Of a stretch of DNA of 64,000 nucleotides, positions 1 to 13,097 are shown piece after piece. Each line of letters starts with the position of its first letter. Position 1 is the first letter of the stretch. The DNA comes from Felis catus (Eukaryota): positions 130,388,001 through 130,452,000 of the forward strand of contig NC_058368.1 in NCBI RefSeq assembly GCF_018350175.1. Reading direction: 5' to 3'. The notes under the pieces were generated by a model. That model saw only the letters and a program-made list of their open reading frames with translations. It was not told the origin of the DNA and searched no databases. A program made the translations under genes and the position numbers.

Positions 1-293
1 TCAGTTTTTAAGAGTCTCTTACGCTTTGGCTCTCTTCCACTCTAACCTCTTTTTTTTTTTCCTTCCCCTCCCCCATGGGTTCCTGTTAAGTTTCTCAGGA
101 TCCACATAAGAGTGAATACATATGGTATCTGTCTTTCACTGTATGGCTTATTTCACTTAGCATCACACTCTCCACTTCCATCCACGTTGCTACAAAGGGC
201 CATATTTCGTTCTTTCTCATTGCCATGTAGTACTCCATTGTGTATATAAACCACAATGTCTTTATCCATTCATCAGTTGATGGACGTTTAGGC
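1..293 (-). mobile_element. Felid L1 fragment (ORF2 C-terminus + 3'UTR), 5'-truncated, runs off the window start
   Basis: Minus frame reads [59 protein letters not shown] (L1 ORF2 end). Near-identical to 28020-28310 and 38100-38278. Confidence 0.95.
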
Positions 294-1152
294 CGGACAT
301 GTATTTTGAAACTACTAAGGAAATAGCCTAGGAAATGGGGTTGGTATTGATTGTATTTTGGAAATAAATAGTGGCACTTGTTTGCACCGCCATGAGGCAA
401 TTGTGTACATCTCTTTCTAACACTGATACAAGTTGGTATCTTGGAATTGTTCAAGAGGGGATATTTACACTATGACGATTGGCACAGACCACAAATCAGG
501 GCTTCAACTTTTGTTGTTGTTGAAAGCCAGTTATTGAATATTCACTGGAATGAAACTACAGTTTTAAATAAGTTAACATACTCTGGTTTTGGGGGCATTT
601 ACAAGAAAAACTATCCTGCTGTACAAAAATAGATGTTTCTTTGTACCATGCTTGAGAATCATTGGTGAAGAAAAACTGTAGAGGCAGTTTAGGAAACAGA
701 TGAGATGCATTTGAATGCAATTTAGTAATGGCTTCTAAAGCTGCCAAGGAAATTGCTGAGATAATTTTGGTGTGTGAAATATATTCATTAAGAAGAGTTA
801 AAATTCACACTCTCAGCTTCCCTGACAGCAGGATGATGATTAATAGGAGGGCTAGAAGGATTGATATTTTCATGGAAACCTCTGGAAATCAGAGAGTTCC
901 AAAGGCATCATTACTAGAGTTTGAAAAGTTTAAAAGGAAAAAAAAATGGCTAATTGGACGTGTGTTAATTTAATCTGTATATTTTAGGAGTAGTTGAACC
1001 ATATGTACTTAAGTGAAGACAAATGAGTTTAGGAACTTAGCACCAAAAACTGTGTCATGCCTGGTGGCTTCTATAGATTAAGTTGACTTTCCCCACCTAG
1101 AGAAGATCCAAAGACAACACTAAAACGTCCACTTTCTGAATGAGCAAGATTG

Positions 1153-1280
1153 CAGTACTTCTCAAATTTCAATATGTTTCTAGATCACCTGAAGGACCTT
1201 CTTAAAATTTAGGTTTTTACTGAGCAACTCTGGGGTGGGAGCTCTGCTATGGTCCCCAGAGCACATTCTGAAGAAGAAGG
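1153..1280. mobile_element. Probable MER5-like hAT-Charlie relic
   Basis: CAGTACTTCTCAAATTT...GATCACCTGAAGGACCTTCTTAAAA...GGTCCCCAGAGCACATTCTGA resembles the MER5A terminal inverted repeat and body. Confidence 0.45.
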
Positions 1281-1846
1281 ACCTAGAAACGATTCACGGG
1301 ATGTGAGTGTGGAGACATTCCTGAGCTTGTGGCTTTCCCTCTTGCCTACCTTGCCCAGTGTAGAGACATTAACACGATTTGAAAGCTTTCCTATTTTCTA
1401 TTCTTCTACATTTGCTTTCAATTTGGATTTATTTAGCGGTTGCAAATAACAGTATTGTCCCTTGGAAATTCCTCCGGGATCACTCTTTGTAACATTTAAG
1501 CCTGTTTTTTTTTTTTTTTTTTTCCCCCTCTCTCTCTGTAATTCCACACAGCTTCCACTAGAGGTCATTGCCTTGTTACAGAATTATTTTCTTTCTTTCT
1601 CTAAGGTACTTTAGGGGCTGAGATGATTTTGCATTCTTTGGAGAAGGTTAGGGTCAGCCTAAAGGGCCATTTATCCCCAAGGCCATGAGTTTGCGTATAA
1701 TAGCAACTCCATCCCAAAATGGGAGCCTCTCTACCTCCTCCAGTCAGTGAATCTGCCAAAGATAGGCAGACTTTTTCAACTACCTGGAATGAATGAAGGA
1801 GAAAAGGACTGAAGCATGGCCAAAGTGTTACGAAGGTCATGTGCAG

Positions 1847-2202
1847 TGTACTGTGTTGCTGGGGCTGACATAATAAAGTACAGAACTGGTGATTTCAACA
1901 AGTGACATATGTTTTCTCACAGTTCTGGACGCTGGAATCTGAGATTAAGGCCTGCTGCAGGCCTCTCTCTTGGACCTCCTCCTGTGTCTTCTTACCATCT
2001 TCCTTCTGTACCTGTCTGTACCCAAAGATCCTCTTCTTAGGAGGACATCAGTCCTACAGGATTAAGGTCCACCCTAATGAGCTCATTTAAATTTAATTAC
2101 CTCCTTAAAGACCCTACCTTCAAATACAGTTAAATTCTGAGGTCCTAGGGCTTAGGATGTCAACATATGAAATATTAAGGGGATGCACTTCTGTCCACAA
2201 CA
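1847..2202 (-). mobile_element. MaLR solo LTR (MLT1A/B/C-like)
   Basis: TG...CA ends, with CTCACAGTTCTGGA and TTAATTACCTCCTTAAAGACCCTA motifs. Homologous to 63041-63678. Confidence 0.85.
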
Positions 2203-4317
2203 AATAGTAAATAAGATTCCTAAGGAGATCTATTTCCTAAGTAAATAGTTCCTAAGGGAACAGGACTTCTTCAACAAATATAGCTCTGTTGATAGCTATA
2301 ATTTATCTAAAATCTTCAAATCAAAAATTTACCTTTTTCTTCCATGAACTGAATATGTTCAGAAAAGTTAAATTAATAAAAAAATAATCTCCACTGTCTT
2401 ATAATTGTTAATTTTTCTTGTAGGTGCTACATATTGAAGACTGATTTAGGGAGAGGTCATAGGGGAGGAAAACTCTGAGGTAGGAGACAGGATGAAAAGC
2501 TACCAGTTAGTTTATCCAGACCAGAGGCATTTTCCTCTAAATTACCTCCCACTATGATTTCTTTCTACCATAATTTCTCTGACTGAGTTGCCTTCTTCTT
2601 GAAGTCTTCCCAAATCACATGAACTGCAAGTTAGTCTCTGTCCTCTGAATTCATTTCTTCATTCCAAATACATACTCAAAGCACGCACTATATTTATAAT
2701 ACCCTGGGAATACAAACTTGAATATATCAGTCCCTTCTCCCTAGTAACTTATTACAATAGAATAGAAATGTTTATAAGAGATGTGTGGCCAAGTCCCAGT
2801 ACAAAACAGCTGGGGGAATTACTTCTAGGGGAATCGGAGATTGTTGATCTATCATTCACTTGGTATTTATTCATATGCCTTTGCAACCTTCTCCTTACCC
2901 ACCCACAAACTGTCACCTTTGTATTTCAGAAGTCAGTGCATATTGTAGGTGCTCACTGAATGCTTTTCAAAGAATGAGTAAAACGAAGTGTTCAAGTTCT
3001 CTTACTCAGGAATAAATATGGAGGCACTATTCTATAAGATGAGATGTCCACGACCTGCCCATTCTGGGCACAAGCTGTAGCCCTGGAGGGCCCACTAGGA
3101 CCACATCATAATTAATTCTACTTCTGCAAGGATTCATGTGAACAATAAAAAGACTTATTGCAAATGAGTGATCACAAGCTATAGACTTGAAACTTCATAG
3201 AATTAGTTGTTTTGTGGATGCAACAACTAAAGTGTAGTACACTAGGGTTTTGAGATTAGCATTTTACTTCCTCCTTCCTAAGGAAATAGTGAAAACCTTT
3301 ACTCTAGCTGAGAGAATTGTCTCTGACTTGAACTTCTTCATATTTTTAGGTTTATTGCCTTAATTCTTTCACAAATATTCTACTCTGTTCTACCCCATGC
3401 CTTTGGTGTCTCACAGTGGAGTTCTTTTTAACTATAATGCAGATTCTAAATTTTCTTTTGGTCCATTTTAAGTGCAGAGACTTCATTAATTGCACCAGGG
3501 GGAGGTTTCCCAATCCTTGCATAGAAGAGTCTTTGAAAAATTAATTTGAAAGGTTTCCTTCCTTATTGCAGGATCTTGTACTACTATATTTTCTCTTGAG
3601 TATTCTGATGGCTGTATCTTTTTTTTTAAATCCAGTTTGCTTTAGAGAATGAAGAGTCTGTTCATTTGATCCCAAATGAGATATAAACCTCACCGCCAAG
3701 AACCATGAATATCAGAACATCCTGTCTGGTTTCAGCCACCAGGAGAAATTAGTATTTAACCAAATATTGAAGTGACTCAACAGTAATTTATGAGCCCATT
3801 GCTTGTTCTGTTTTAAGGGTAGTTATCACATCTTGGAGGATGACTGACAAAAAGAGAAGTTTGAGCGGATTTCTCCAGGGTGCCTTTCTGCTTGACTTCA
3901 TTGGCTAGTTGACTTTTACCTCCCCTTATTAGCCCACCATCACTGAAGCAAATAGGCTTGGTCTTTAGCTTTAGTTTTTCCTGATTCCTTTTCATGTGAA
4001 TATTTTTTGAGGTACCATGATGGAGTAAGTTCCTGGTCTGGGAGTCCAGGGCCTGAGCAGCTGTGAAAGCCCCGTCAATGGGGCATCAGATGCATACACA
4101 GAAGGAACTAAAACAGCAATCATCAAATTGTTTCCAGGCCCCCTTTCTTGTGAGATACTTCGCATTCTGTTTAGTAGTTGGCCAAATAGACTATTCCACA
4201 GGCATGTCAAATTTAAAGTGGATGTGAGTTAGGTATAGAAACTCACATGTGGTGCTTTAAGTCATCTGAACACATGTCATAGTTCACGAGCATTCTCTCT
4301 CTGCATGGTTCTGGCAG

Positions 4318-4366
4318 TTTTTGTTTGTTTGTTTGTTTGCTTGTTTGTTTGTTTTGTTTGTTTTCT
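4318..4366. repeat. (TTTG)n microsatellite
   Basis: Imperfect GTTT run seen directly. Confidence 0.85.
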
Positions 4367-5846
4367 TTGCACAGGTTAAAGGTTTGGATCATAATGGGGA
4401 CACCGCAGAGGAGCTATTCATGAGATTTATTTGCCAGTTTATCATAAACTGCATCTCTCTCCCGAGGGAAAACACATTCTCTGTGTCCTTTTATCTCTTT
4501 TACAAGGGATGACAGTGTATATTAACAGAGGGCAAGAAGAAATCATTGGGTTTAAGTGTTAATGATCATCTAATAATAAGATGTGATAGGATTATATTAG
4601 AATTGCAGAATTGGTCTATTTATTAGGAGTGGCGTGCATCAAGTTGTAAGCCTCAGAGGACATAGGGGTAATTATAATCTTCTAGAAATGCAAAATGTTA
4701 AAGTCTTTTTGAGAATTTATTTTATTATTTTGCAATGAATTATGGCCAAATAAGGTTAACTCTGAAAATGTCTTATATGTGAAAAAATATATTATTAGCA
4801 TTTATATGAGACCTCGTCTTCTAATTTTTAGAGGAATTCCACATTTTTGACATCCTCATTATGCATAAAAATGTTAAGGACTGAATTATAACATAGAAAT
4901 TGATATGCTTTTAAAAATGTTTAATTCAGTGTTATAAAATGATGATAGCTGCAATTATATTACATTCTCTAATAGCTCATTACCAAGCATGTTATGAAAT
5001 ATATTAATTTAAAAAAACTTTCTGTTCAGCTTATGGTGTCTTGAAAGATGGAATAATATGACCAATAAGCTAAATAGAGGAACTCACAGTGGGAATTCAA
5101 AGTTCACCTGGACCCTTTAACTGATACTTACAGAATTTCTTCTACCAAACTGAACAAATCATTTATTTGATAATATTAACTAATTGGATACTCTTTGAAC
5201 CACAGCTGAATGAACTTGATCGGCCTCATTGTCTTTCATCATAGCCAACCTTGCCTTTCATTTTGAGTTTTTTTTTTTTTTTCTTTCTTAGTTTCCTATG
5301 AAAGCATCTAATTGTAGCTCCCATCCAGGTTCTTGTCTTCCTTTCTCAAATATTCTTGAAGAGTATTCTGTACTAATTAGTTTAATTTATTTGTAGTTTT
5401 TCAACTCATTGCATCTTGGCATCATTTCCTACCATTTTAGCAAAACGCTTCCAAATTGTTAGAGATGGCAGTATTTTTTTTCTTGTAATTGTTTTTTTTT
5501 TTAATGTGAATTTGGTATAATTATCCATCCTTCCTTCCCCAAACTTTCTTGGTCTCTGCTCTATAACACTTTTATTACCAGGAATATGCTGTTATCTCTC
5601 TTTAGATAATAGATTAAGTGACATTTTCTCATCATTAAATAGAATTCTGAGCCTACAGGAGAAATTCCCACCCAGTATCTATTTACCCAGTATTTAAGTC
5701 TGGTAAATCTGCAAATATTGTTAGTGTTCAGTTCATCAAACTTTCCAAATCCTATTAAATTGTACTTTAGGTCTTAAATTGTATAGGTACTTTGAGGGCT
5801 TATATACATTTAATTGATATATGATCACTCAGCACTTTAGAGAATT

Positions 5847-6080
5847 TTTTCTTTTTTTTTTTTTAATTTCTTTAATGTTTTTATTTATTTTTGAGACAGA
5901 GAGAGACAGAGCATAAGCAGGGGAGGGGCAGAGAGAGAGAGGGAAACACAGAATCTGAAGCAGACTCCAGACTCTGAGCTGTCAGCACAGAGCCCGATGC
6001 GGGGCTCGAACTCACAGACTATGAGATCATGACCTGAGCTGAAGTCGGACACTTAACCGACTGAGCCACCCAGGCGCCCC
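5847..6080 (-). mobile_element. CAN-SINE (SINEC_Fc-type)
   Basis: Full body ending CCCAGGCGCCCC. TSD AGCACTTTAGAGAATT at 5831-5846 and 6081-6096. Confidence 0.97.
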
Positions 6081-7217
6081 AGCACTTTAGAGAATTAAAG
6101 TGACATTTTGGTTCCCTCTCTTGGGTATAACATCATATTATTCACATTAAAGATAGTCTGATGTATGTGGTTTAGATAATGGTCTTGAAGATAAAATATT
6201 GTTTCATACCTGTAGACCAGCTTGTTGGAATAGGATATCACCTGAGAATAGTGGCAACATCTATGTCTATAAAAACTGGGGGGATTAGAAGACTCTAACA
6301 CATTCTCTGTAATAACTCTAGCCAAGCCCTGAATGGTTCCTCATCATGGTCAAAGAATATAGCCTGTACACTAATTGTTCACTCTCTTTTATGAAAGTGG
6401 AATTGCTACAATTTTACTGATAAAATGTAATAATCAAATTTCACAGTACTGACAGAGGGATAATAAGCCTTGGCTTTTATCCCCAGAGCTTCACATTTTG
6501 GCACGCTGGAGGTTCACCGTGTGTCGACATAATGCTAACTTTGCTCTCTCTTATTTCTACAAAAACCATTTAGAATAAAGAGACTGCAGCTAATGGTGCC
6601 CTAAAAATAGGAATTGGAGAGGTTAAGAAAGGCCTTATACAGGCCTTATTATGTAAATAAGTACATTTAGGCAGTTTGACACTAATAAATAGCTTGGGAG
6701 CCCAGGAAAAGATGTAGAAAGGTCTAGAGAAACAAATAGCCATGGTGAACATGGCCTCATAATTTTTATGGCATTTTCATGATTCATTTGATTCATTTGA
6801 TAAAGAATGCTTCTGGCATTGCCACTTGGGTTTCTTGTTACCTAAAATCAATGCATAAAATTTGTTTATCTTAAGGTACAATCTCCTGTACCCTGTATAT
6901 AGTTCTACTTAGGAATAAGCAGGAAGGTCCTTCACGACTAAAAAGGTACACCAAAATAAGTGGAGAGGTAGAAATCTTAATACCTGAATTACACAGATAA
7001 AGTTGGTCTACCTTTTCTACTAGTGTGACTGTTGTCTCCCTAGAAGTATATAGGATGTGGTGTTTTTTAAGTTCTTTATCTGCTCCACCTTAGTGATGGT
7101 CCAGGAGTCATTATAAGAAACATTAAGCTAATCAGGTTAGAAAAAGTTATTTTCTCCTTAAATATATAAATACCCTAGACAAATGAGAAGACAGACTCAT
7201 TTATAGGACCCTAGATA

Positions 7218-7825
7218 TATTAATTATTATTGCTGCATAATAAACCATCCTAGACTTAGTAGCATTAAAAAAAAAAAAAAAAACCAAAACTAATCTGCTC
7301 ATGGATTCTATAGGTCAGGAATTCAGAAAAAGCACTTTAGGGATAGTTTTTCTCTGCTCACTGATACCTGGATTCTTGGTTGGGAATACTTAAAGGATGG
7401 GGGTAGTGACTCAATAGCTAGGGGCTAAAATAATGTGAAGACTCATTTATTCACTTGTCTTGCACTTAGGATGGAAGAGTCAAAGAGCAGGACTGCTAAC
7501 TACGATATATTCCAGTGGCCTTTGACTGGAATACCACTATGTGGCCTCATCGTGTAACATGACTTCTCACAACACGGCGTCCTTACGGTAGTCAGACTTC
7601 TTACATGGCAAGTATCCCAACAAACAAGGTAGAAGCTGTGTAGCCTTGTATTACTGAGTGTTAGCTGTCACACGGGTCACTTCTACAATATTTAGTCTAT
7701 TAGTCACAAGATTTAAGAGCTGAGGTCAGAGACTCCACTTCTTGACAGTCAAGGCTGTACTGTTGGTAAACATGAACATGGGAGATATTGTTGAGATATC
7801 TTTGGAAAGTAGAATCTGTCAAACC
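7218..7825 (-). mobile_element. MaLR LTR (MLT1F/G/H-like)
   Basis: TATTGCTGCATAATAAACCATCCTAGACTTAGT...GGTCAGGAATTCAG...GTAGTCAGACTTCTTACATGGC motifs. Confidence 0.75.
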
Positions 7826-10159
7826 CAGATTAAGCTTATTGAAATTATGTACACAGAGGACTATGAGACTTGAAGTCCTCAGCTCAGGATGAGTTCAGAT
7901 AGTTCAGATGAGTTCAGATATAATCATGGATGTGATTATAGTGATCCCCCAGTAAGGACAGAGGATAAGTACAAAGCCTCCTGGTGACAGTCCCCCGGTG
8001 ATGTCTTCAAGAATAGACTGTAATTTCCACTCTTTCCCATGTAGTGAAATAAAGGAACTACCTCTCATTTGAGTCTCCAGTAGTCAGATAAGGCCACCTC
8101 ACCTTTATTGTAGTATACTCATCAACTAATCCCTTCCTTTCCCTCAATGGAAATCCTGAGCAAGATTTAGAGGAGAGTAAAGTTGATTTTGTGGTCTACA
8201 AGTAAGATTTACTTCCTTCTCTACTTGTGGAGTGGGAAATGAAGTACTTTTTCAACCCCAAAGCAGTGAACAGGGTCTAAAAGAATCACTTTAAAGAATG
8301 AGTATGCTTGCAAGAAGGGGACATGAACACTTTTCCTGGTGGTTGTATGCTTATGGGTCACAGAATCTATAGGCCTACTTTTATGGCATTGTTAGAGGAG
8401 AGTGTGCTGAAAAGATTCTTAGGAGAGCCTTTGGGGACAATAAGAACATGTTACATTGTTAAAGAAAAAGGGGTTGCTTATTATATGTTCCCTGAATTTT
8501 GGGTGTAGATATGAACTCGGAAACTAATGCTGGATTTGGAGTAGCCTGGACCAGAGGGGCTTGAGCGTCCCATGGTAAGGAAGGCCTGAAAATAATATGG
8601 GGAAATGATCACCACATCTCTGTTCTCTGCAGTTTTGAGAGGGTGAGCAAGGGCATCAGTGTTGCTGTGGTTCTGTGTAAAAGCGACTTTTAGAAAATCC
8701 TTGGAATATTGCCTATCATGTGAGATCAAGTTCTCTGCCCTTTTGGCTTTGCTGGTTGGGGATTGGGCTGAAAACTCATGAAGGGCTAGCATACCAAGCA
8801 AAGAGAAAGAGGAAGGAAATATGAAGAAAGGAAGGTTGGTTTGTGTGAAAAGAGATCCTACTACAACTCTCTAAAAACAAATCAAATTTACCCATAGGTA
8901 GGTCTAGTTAGCCCTGAGGGAGGAAGAAAGACAATCTTTGAAACAAATTTAGGAATGAAGATTTGAAATAAAGTTGTGTCAAATTCTATAATATTTTTGA
9001 CCCTAACATACTTAAATAAGTCTTCATAATCAATAGATATGGAAAAGTTAAGGAATCTGGTCAAGACATCATTGAAGAACTTGGTATTTAGTGGAAGAAA
9101 AGGTTCATCATGGCACAATTGGGAATCGTTTATTGGAAAAATAAATGTTACTTGTTTTTTCCCCTAAAATACTGAGACTCCTCAGTAAACTAGTTTCAAG
9201 CATCTTGACTCTCCTTAAAACTCCATATATCACTTATTATTGGAAACAATACAATCTGCATCACACACAGTTACCTTAACAGATGAATATTATTTAAATT
9301 TTAGGTGATTTTTGTCTAAGATTTTAGGCAATCTATAAGCCTGAAGCAATGTCAATCCCAAAACATTTAAGGATGATGAACACATGGAAATCCAAGCTCC
9401 TGTGAATACCAGTTTGATGGTGGCAGGACCCTATTAGCCTTAAGGCAGTTCCAGACAGCTAACGCTTAAATGTCACAAAATGAACCCTGGGAGCTTGAGA
9501 AAGCAGGGGGAACTGAGCCTTTTAAGAAGTCAAAAATGTTTAGCCAAGGTCTATTTCAGACACCTCTATCACATTACTGCATTGAAGGAGGCAAGGTAAC
9601 ACAGTCCCTCCTGGGGACCAGGCAAAGGAACAACAGCCTAAATTACAGATGCTTGCCATTTATACCCTCAAGAGTCAGTCTCCATTTAGCCTTGAATTGT
9701 TCCATATATCCAGCTCTCTGCAGTGCTCCCTACTGGACATCCTTCTCCTCTGGAATGTTCTCATAAGTTGATGTTCTGTTTACATGGTTGCTCATGTCAT
9801 TTGAGATTTTATAATCTCCTTGTTCTAATTAGCAGAACAACTTTTACTGAAGTACACATAAAGACCATTATCACTTGGATCTGGAGGGGCTGGGACTTTT
9901 GATGGTAAAATCTGTTAGTAAATGTGGTTACTCTTTTTCTTCCAGACAGAATACTTTTTACTAGCAAAAGAGAAGGTTACAGTGGATTCATGCCTGTCTT
10001 GGCTAAGATCTCCCATGACTATATGTTGGGTCTATCGTGGACCCACTCAGAGAAAATTGAAAATCAGACTTAGTCTATTATATTTGTTATTAGCACTCTA
10101 CAAATTAGAAAGAATTGGAGACTTGCCTTTATAATTGTGAGAGAAGTAGGAGTTTGGTT

Positions 10160-10323
10160 AATAATAATGTACCAATGTCATTTTCTTTGTTTTGACAACT
10201 ATAATATGGTAATATAAAATGGTAACAGTGCAGGAAATTGAGTGATGAACACATGGGGAGCTCTCTATACTGTTTTTGCAAATTTTCTGTAAATTTATTC
10301 CAAAATAAAAAAAATATTAAAAA
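10160..10323 (+). mobile_element. Old L1 (L1MC-like) 3' end
   Basis: CTCTCTATACTGTTTTTGCAAATTTTCTGTAAAT...CCAAAATAAAAA terminus. Confidence 0.7.
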
Positions 10324-10410
10324 ATTTCTGAGGGAAAATAATTGTTAGTGTTTTAAATCCAGCCAAACTATCAAATAACTACGAAGACAAAATCAGTATA
10401 TATTAAGATA

Positions 10411-10925
10411 TTCATTCATGCATTGAGCAAATGTTCTTCAAGTACCTACTAACTGCCAGATAATATTGTAACTGGGAATTCTGGCAGGCAGACATAAATC
10501 TTTGGCTTCATGGAAGTTATATTCTAGTACAGGAATTGGAAAATAAGAATGGAAAGTACTATGGACAAAGTCAAAGGAAGGTAGGGGGATTGGAAATGTT
10601 GGGGAATTGTAGTGGTTGTAAGAAAGGTCAGGATTATTTTCACTGACCAGACACTTAATAAAGACCTGAAGGAGACCAGGGAGTGAGCCCTGCAGATATT
10701 TGAGAAAAAAGAATGCCAGGCAAAAGCTACAGCAAGTGCAAGTGCCCTGAGACAGAACTGCATGTGCACTGTTCGAGGAGCAGGAGGCCAGTTTGGCTGG
10801 AGAAGAGTGAGAAAAAGTAAAAGATGTAGTAAAAAGATGTAGTAAAAGATGAGGTCAGGAAGGTAATGGAGGAGGGTAATTCAGTTAGAATCTTGTAGAT
10901 CTTTGTAAAGATTTTGGCTTTAACA
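10411..10925 (-). mobile_element. L2 LINE 3' portion
   Basis: TCATTCATGCATTGAGCAAATG tail and AAGACCTGAAGGAG...GAATGCCAGGC...CAGCAAGTGCAAG...GGAGGCCAGTTTGGCTGGAG. Confidence 0.8.
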
Positions 10926-11161
10926 CATTCTTTATGTAACACCTAAAATACAATTTATAGAAGAAAAAATGGATAAGTTGACTTCATCATAGTTAGGAAA
11001 TTATCTTTGAAATATGTGTTAAAAGAATGAGAAGGTAAATGGACAGGAAGACCGTATTTGCAAATCAAAGAGCCGATGAAAGATTTGTATTCGGAATATA
11101 TAAAGAATTCTAAAATCTCAATTGTAGCAAGACAAACTACCTCCTCCAAAATGGGCAAAGA

Positions 11162-11298
11162 TTTTTTTTTTTAGTTTATTTATTAATTTTGAAAGGGTGG
11201 GGGAGAGAGAGAATCCCAAGCAAGCTCTTTGAGATCAGGTACTTTTTTTTTTTTAACATTTGCATTTAAACATCTAATATGAGCCACTCAGGCACCCC
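11162..11298 (-). mobile_element. Internally deleted/mosaic CAN-SINE
   Basis: Tail + GAGAGAATCCCAAGCA and head GAGCCACTCAGGCACCCC. Flanks GGCAAAGATTT / GGCAGAAGATTT. Confidence 0.8.
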
Positions 11299-11862
11299 GG
11301 CAGAAGATTTGAACAGACATTTTACCAAAGAAGATAAACAAATGACAAATAAGGACATTAAGATATACTCAATATCATTATTCATCAGGGGAATGTGATA
11401 TAATACCATTCTCTGTGTATTAGATGCTACTACGTATGTATCAGTGTGTCTAAAAGTAAAAATACTGATGACACAAAGTGTTGATAGAGATGTGGAGCAA
11501 CTGGAACTTTCATACTCCACTGTGGGAATGTAAAGTGTGACAGTTACTTTGGAAAACGGTTTGGCAGTCATTTAAAAAATTAAACATACACTACCTTATA
11601 ACACAGTCACTCCATTCCTTGCCTTTACCCAGAGAAATGAAAGCCTATGTCCATGCAAAGAGTTGTAGAAGACTTTTCGTTGCCATTTATCTGTAATGCC
11701 AAGAATGAAACATTCCAAATGCCCATAAATAGGGGAATTTATCCATAAAGTAGAATATTAATCAGTAATTAAAGAATGAACTATTGATATGTGTAAAAAT
11801 GTAGATGAATATTAAAATAATTATGCTCAATAAAAGGAGTACCCAAAAGAATACATACTGCA

Positions 11863-13097
11863 TATTATAGGTTGAATTCTATCCATCTGAAAGATATGTT
11901 TAAGTCCTAGCTCATGAATGTGACCTGATTGGGAAGTAGGATCTTTGCAAATATAATTAGTTAAGATAGTCCCCTTGATCTACATGGAGGAACCACAAGG
12001 GTTTTGAGAATGTTACACTATGAAAAACATTACCAACTTGAACTGAAGGGGATAGAAACAGGATAAAATGAAGGAGGACAGACTATTGGGATTTTACAGG
12101 CAAGAAATGAGTGGATAAAGCATATATTACAAACATGTGTTATCCTTCAAGAAATGGGGAGCATGCCTCTGAGGGCATCTCACAGGTTGGCAGGGATGGT
12201 GGGGCCTCCTTGGATTAGAGTCCAGTGCCAATGGCAGGTACAGAGAGCTGAGCATCAGGACACAAAGAGTCTTCTCATGTCTTGAAACCTAGTGGCATTT
12301 GCCTTATTGTGTTTAAGATGTGTTGGAATCATGACCCCTTTATTCCTTCCAGTGTCTACATTTTGGAATGGGAATGTCTATCCTATATCTGTCACACCAC
12401 TGTATTTTGGAAGCACATAACTTTTCTTCTTTCTAGTTTCACTGATGGAGAAGAATTTTACCCCACGATGAGCCAAACCCAGAGTCTCACCACATCTGAT
12501 GTAGATGATTTAGAAGGTGAAATTTGGGACTTCTTGAGCTGACAATATTTAGATGAGATTTTGGACCTAGTGTTCATGCTGGGATGGGTTAAGCCTTTGG
12601 AGGATGTTGCAAAGGGGTGAATATATTTTGTGTTTGGGAAGGGCATGAATTGTGGGTGACCAGATGATGGACTATTTGGGTTGTATTGTGGTTTCAGAAA
12701 GCTGCATTGAAGCCCTTACCCAGGTACTTGTGAATGTGACCTAATTTGGAAATAGAATCTTTGCTGGAATATACAATGACCCATATCCTTACAAAGAGAG
12801 AGGATTTGGGGACAAGCAGAGACATAGAGAAGACCCAAGGAAGAAGTCCATGTGGAAGCGGAGGCAGATACCAGAGTTCAGCTGCCACAGGCCAAGAAAT
12901 GTCAAGGATTACTTGCAACCTTCAGAAGCTAGAAGAGGCAAGGAGGGAATCATGTTTAGATCCTAGAGGGAGCATGGCCTTGTTGGCACTTTTGATTTCA
13001 GACTCCTAGTCCTAGAACTGTTAGAGAATAAATTTCTGTTGTTTTAAGACACTTAGCCAGTGGTGATTTTTTATGGCAGTCCTAGGAAACTAATACA
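11863..13097 (+). mobile_element. MLT1C-like MaLR provirus relic: partial 5' LTR (11863-11967), internal 3' part (~11968-12672), full 3' LTR (12673-13097)
   Basis: Both LTR pieces share TGAATGTGACCT(G/A)ATT(G/T)GGAA(G/A)TAG..TCTTTGC. 3' LTR has AATAAA and ends GGAAACTAATACA. Internal part has TTTTGGAATGGGAATGTCTATCCTAT..CTGT...ACCACTGTATTTTGGAAG. Confidence 0.8.

Noticed and set aside
2424..2479. AG...GT bounded 56-nt candidate exon
   Set aside because: Stops in all three frames and no independent support.
5847..6080. tRNA-like A/B boxes in SINE heads as tRNA genes
   Set aside because: CAN-SINEs are tRNA-derived, and none forms a complete cloverleaf gene.
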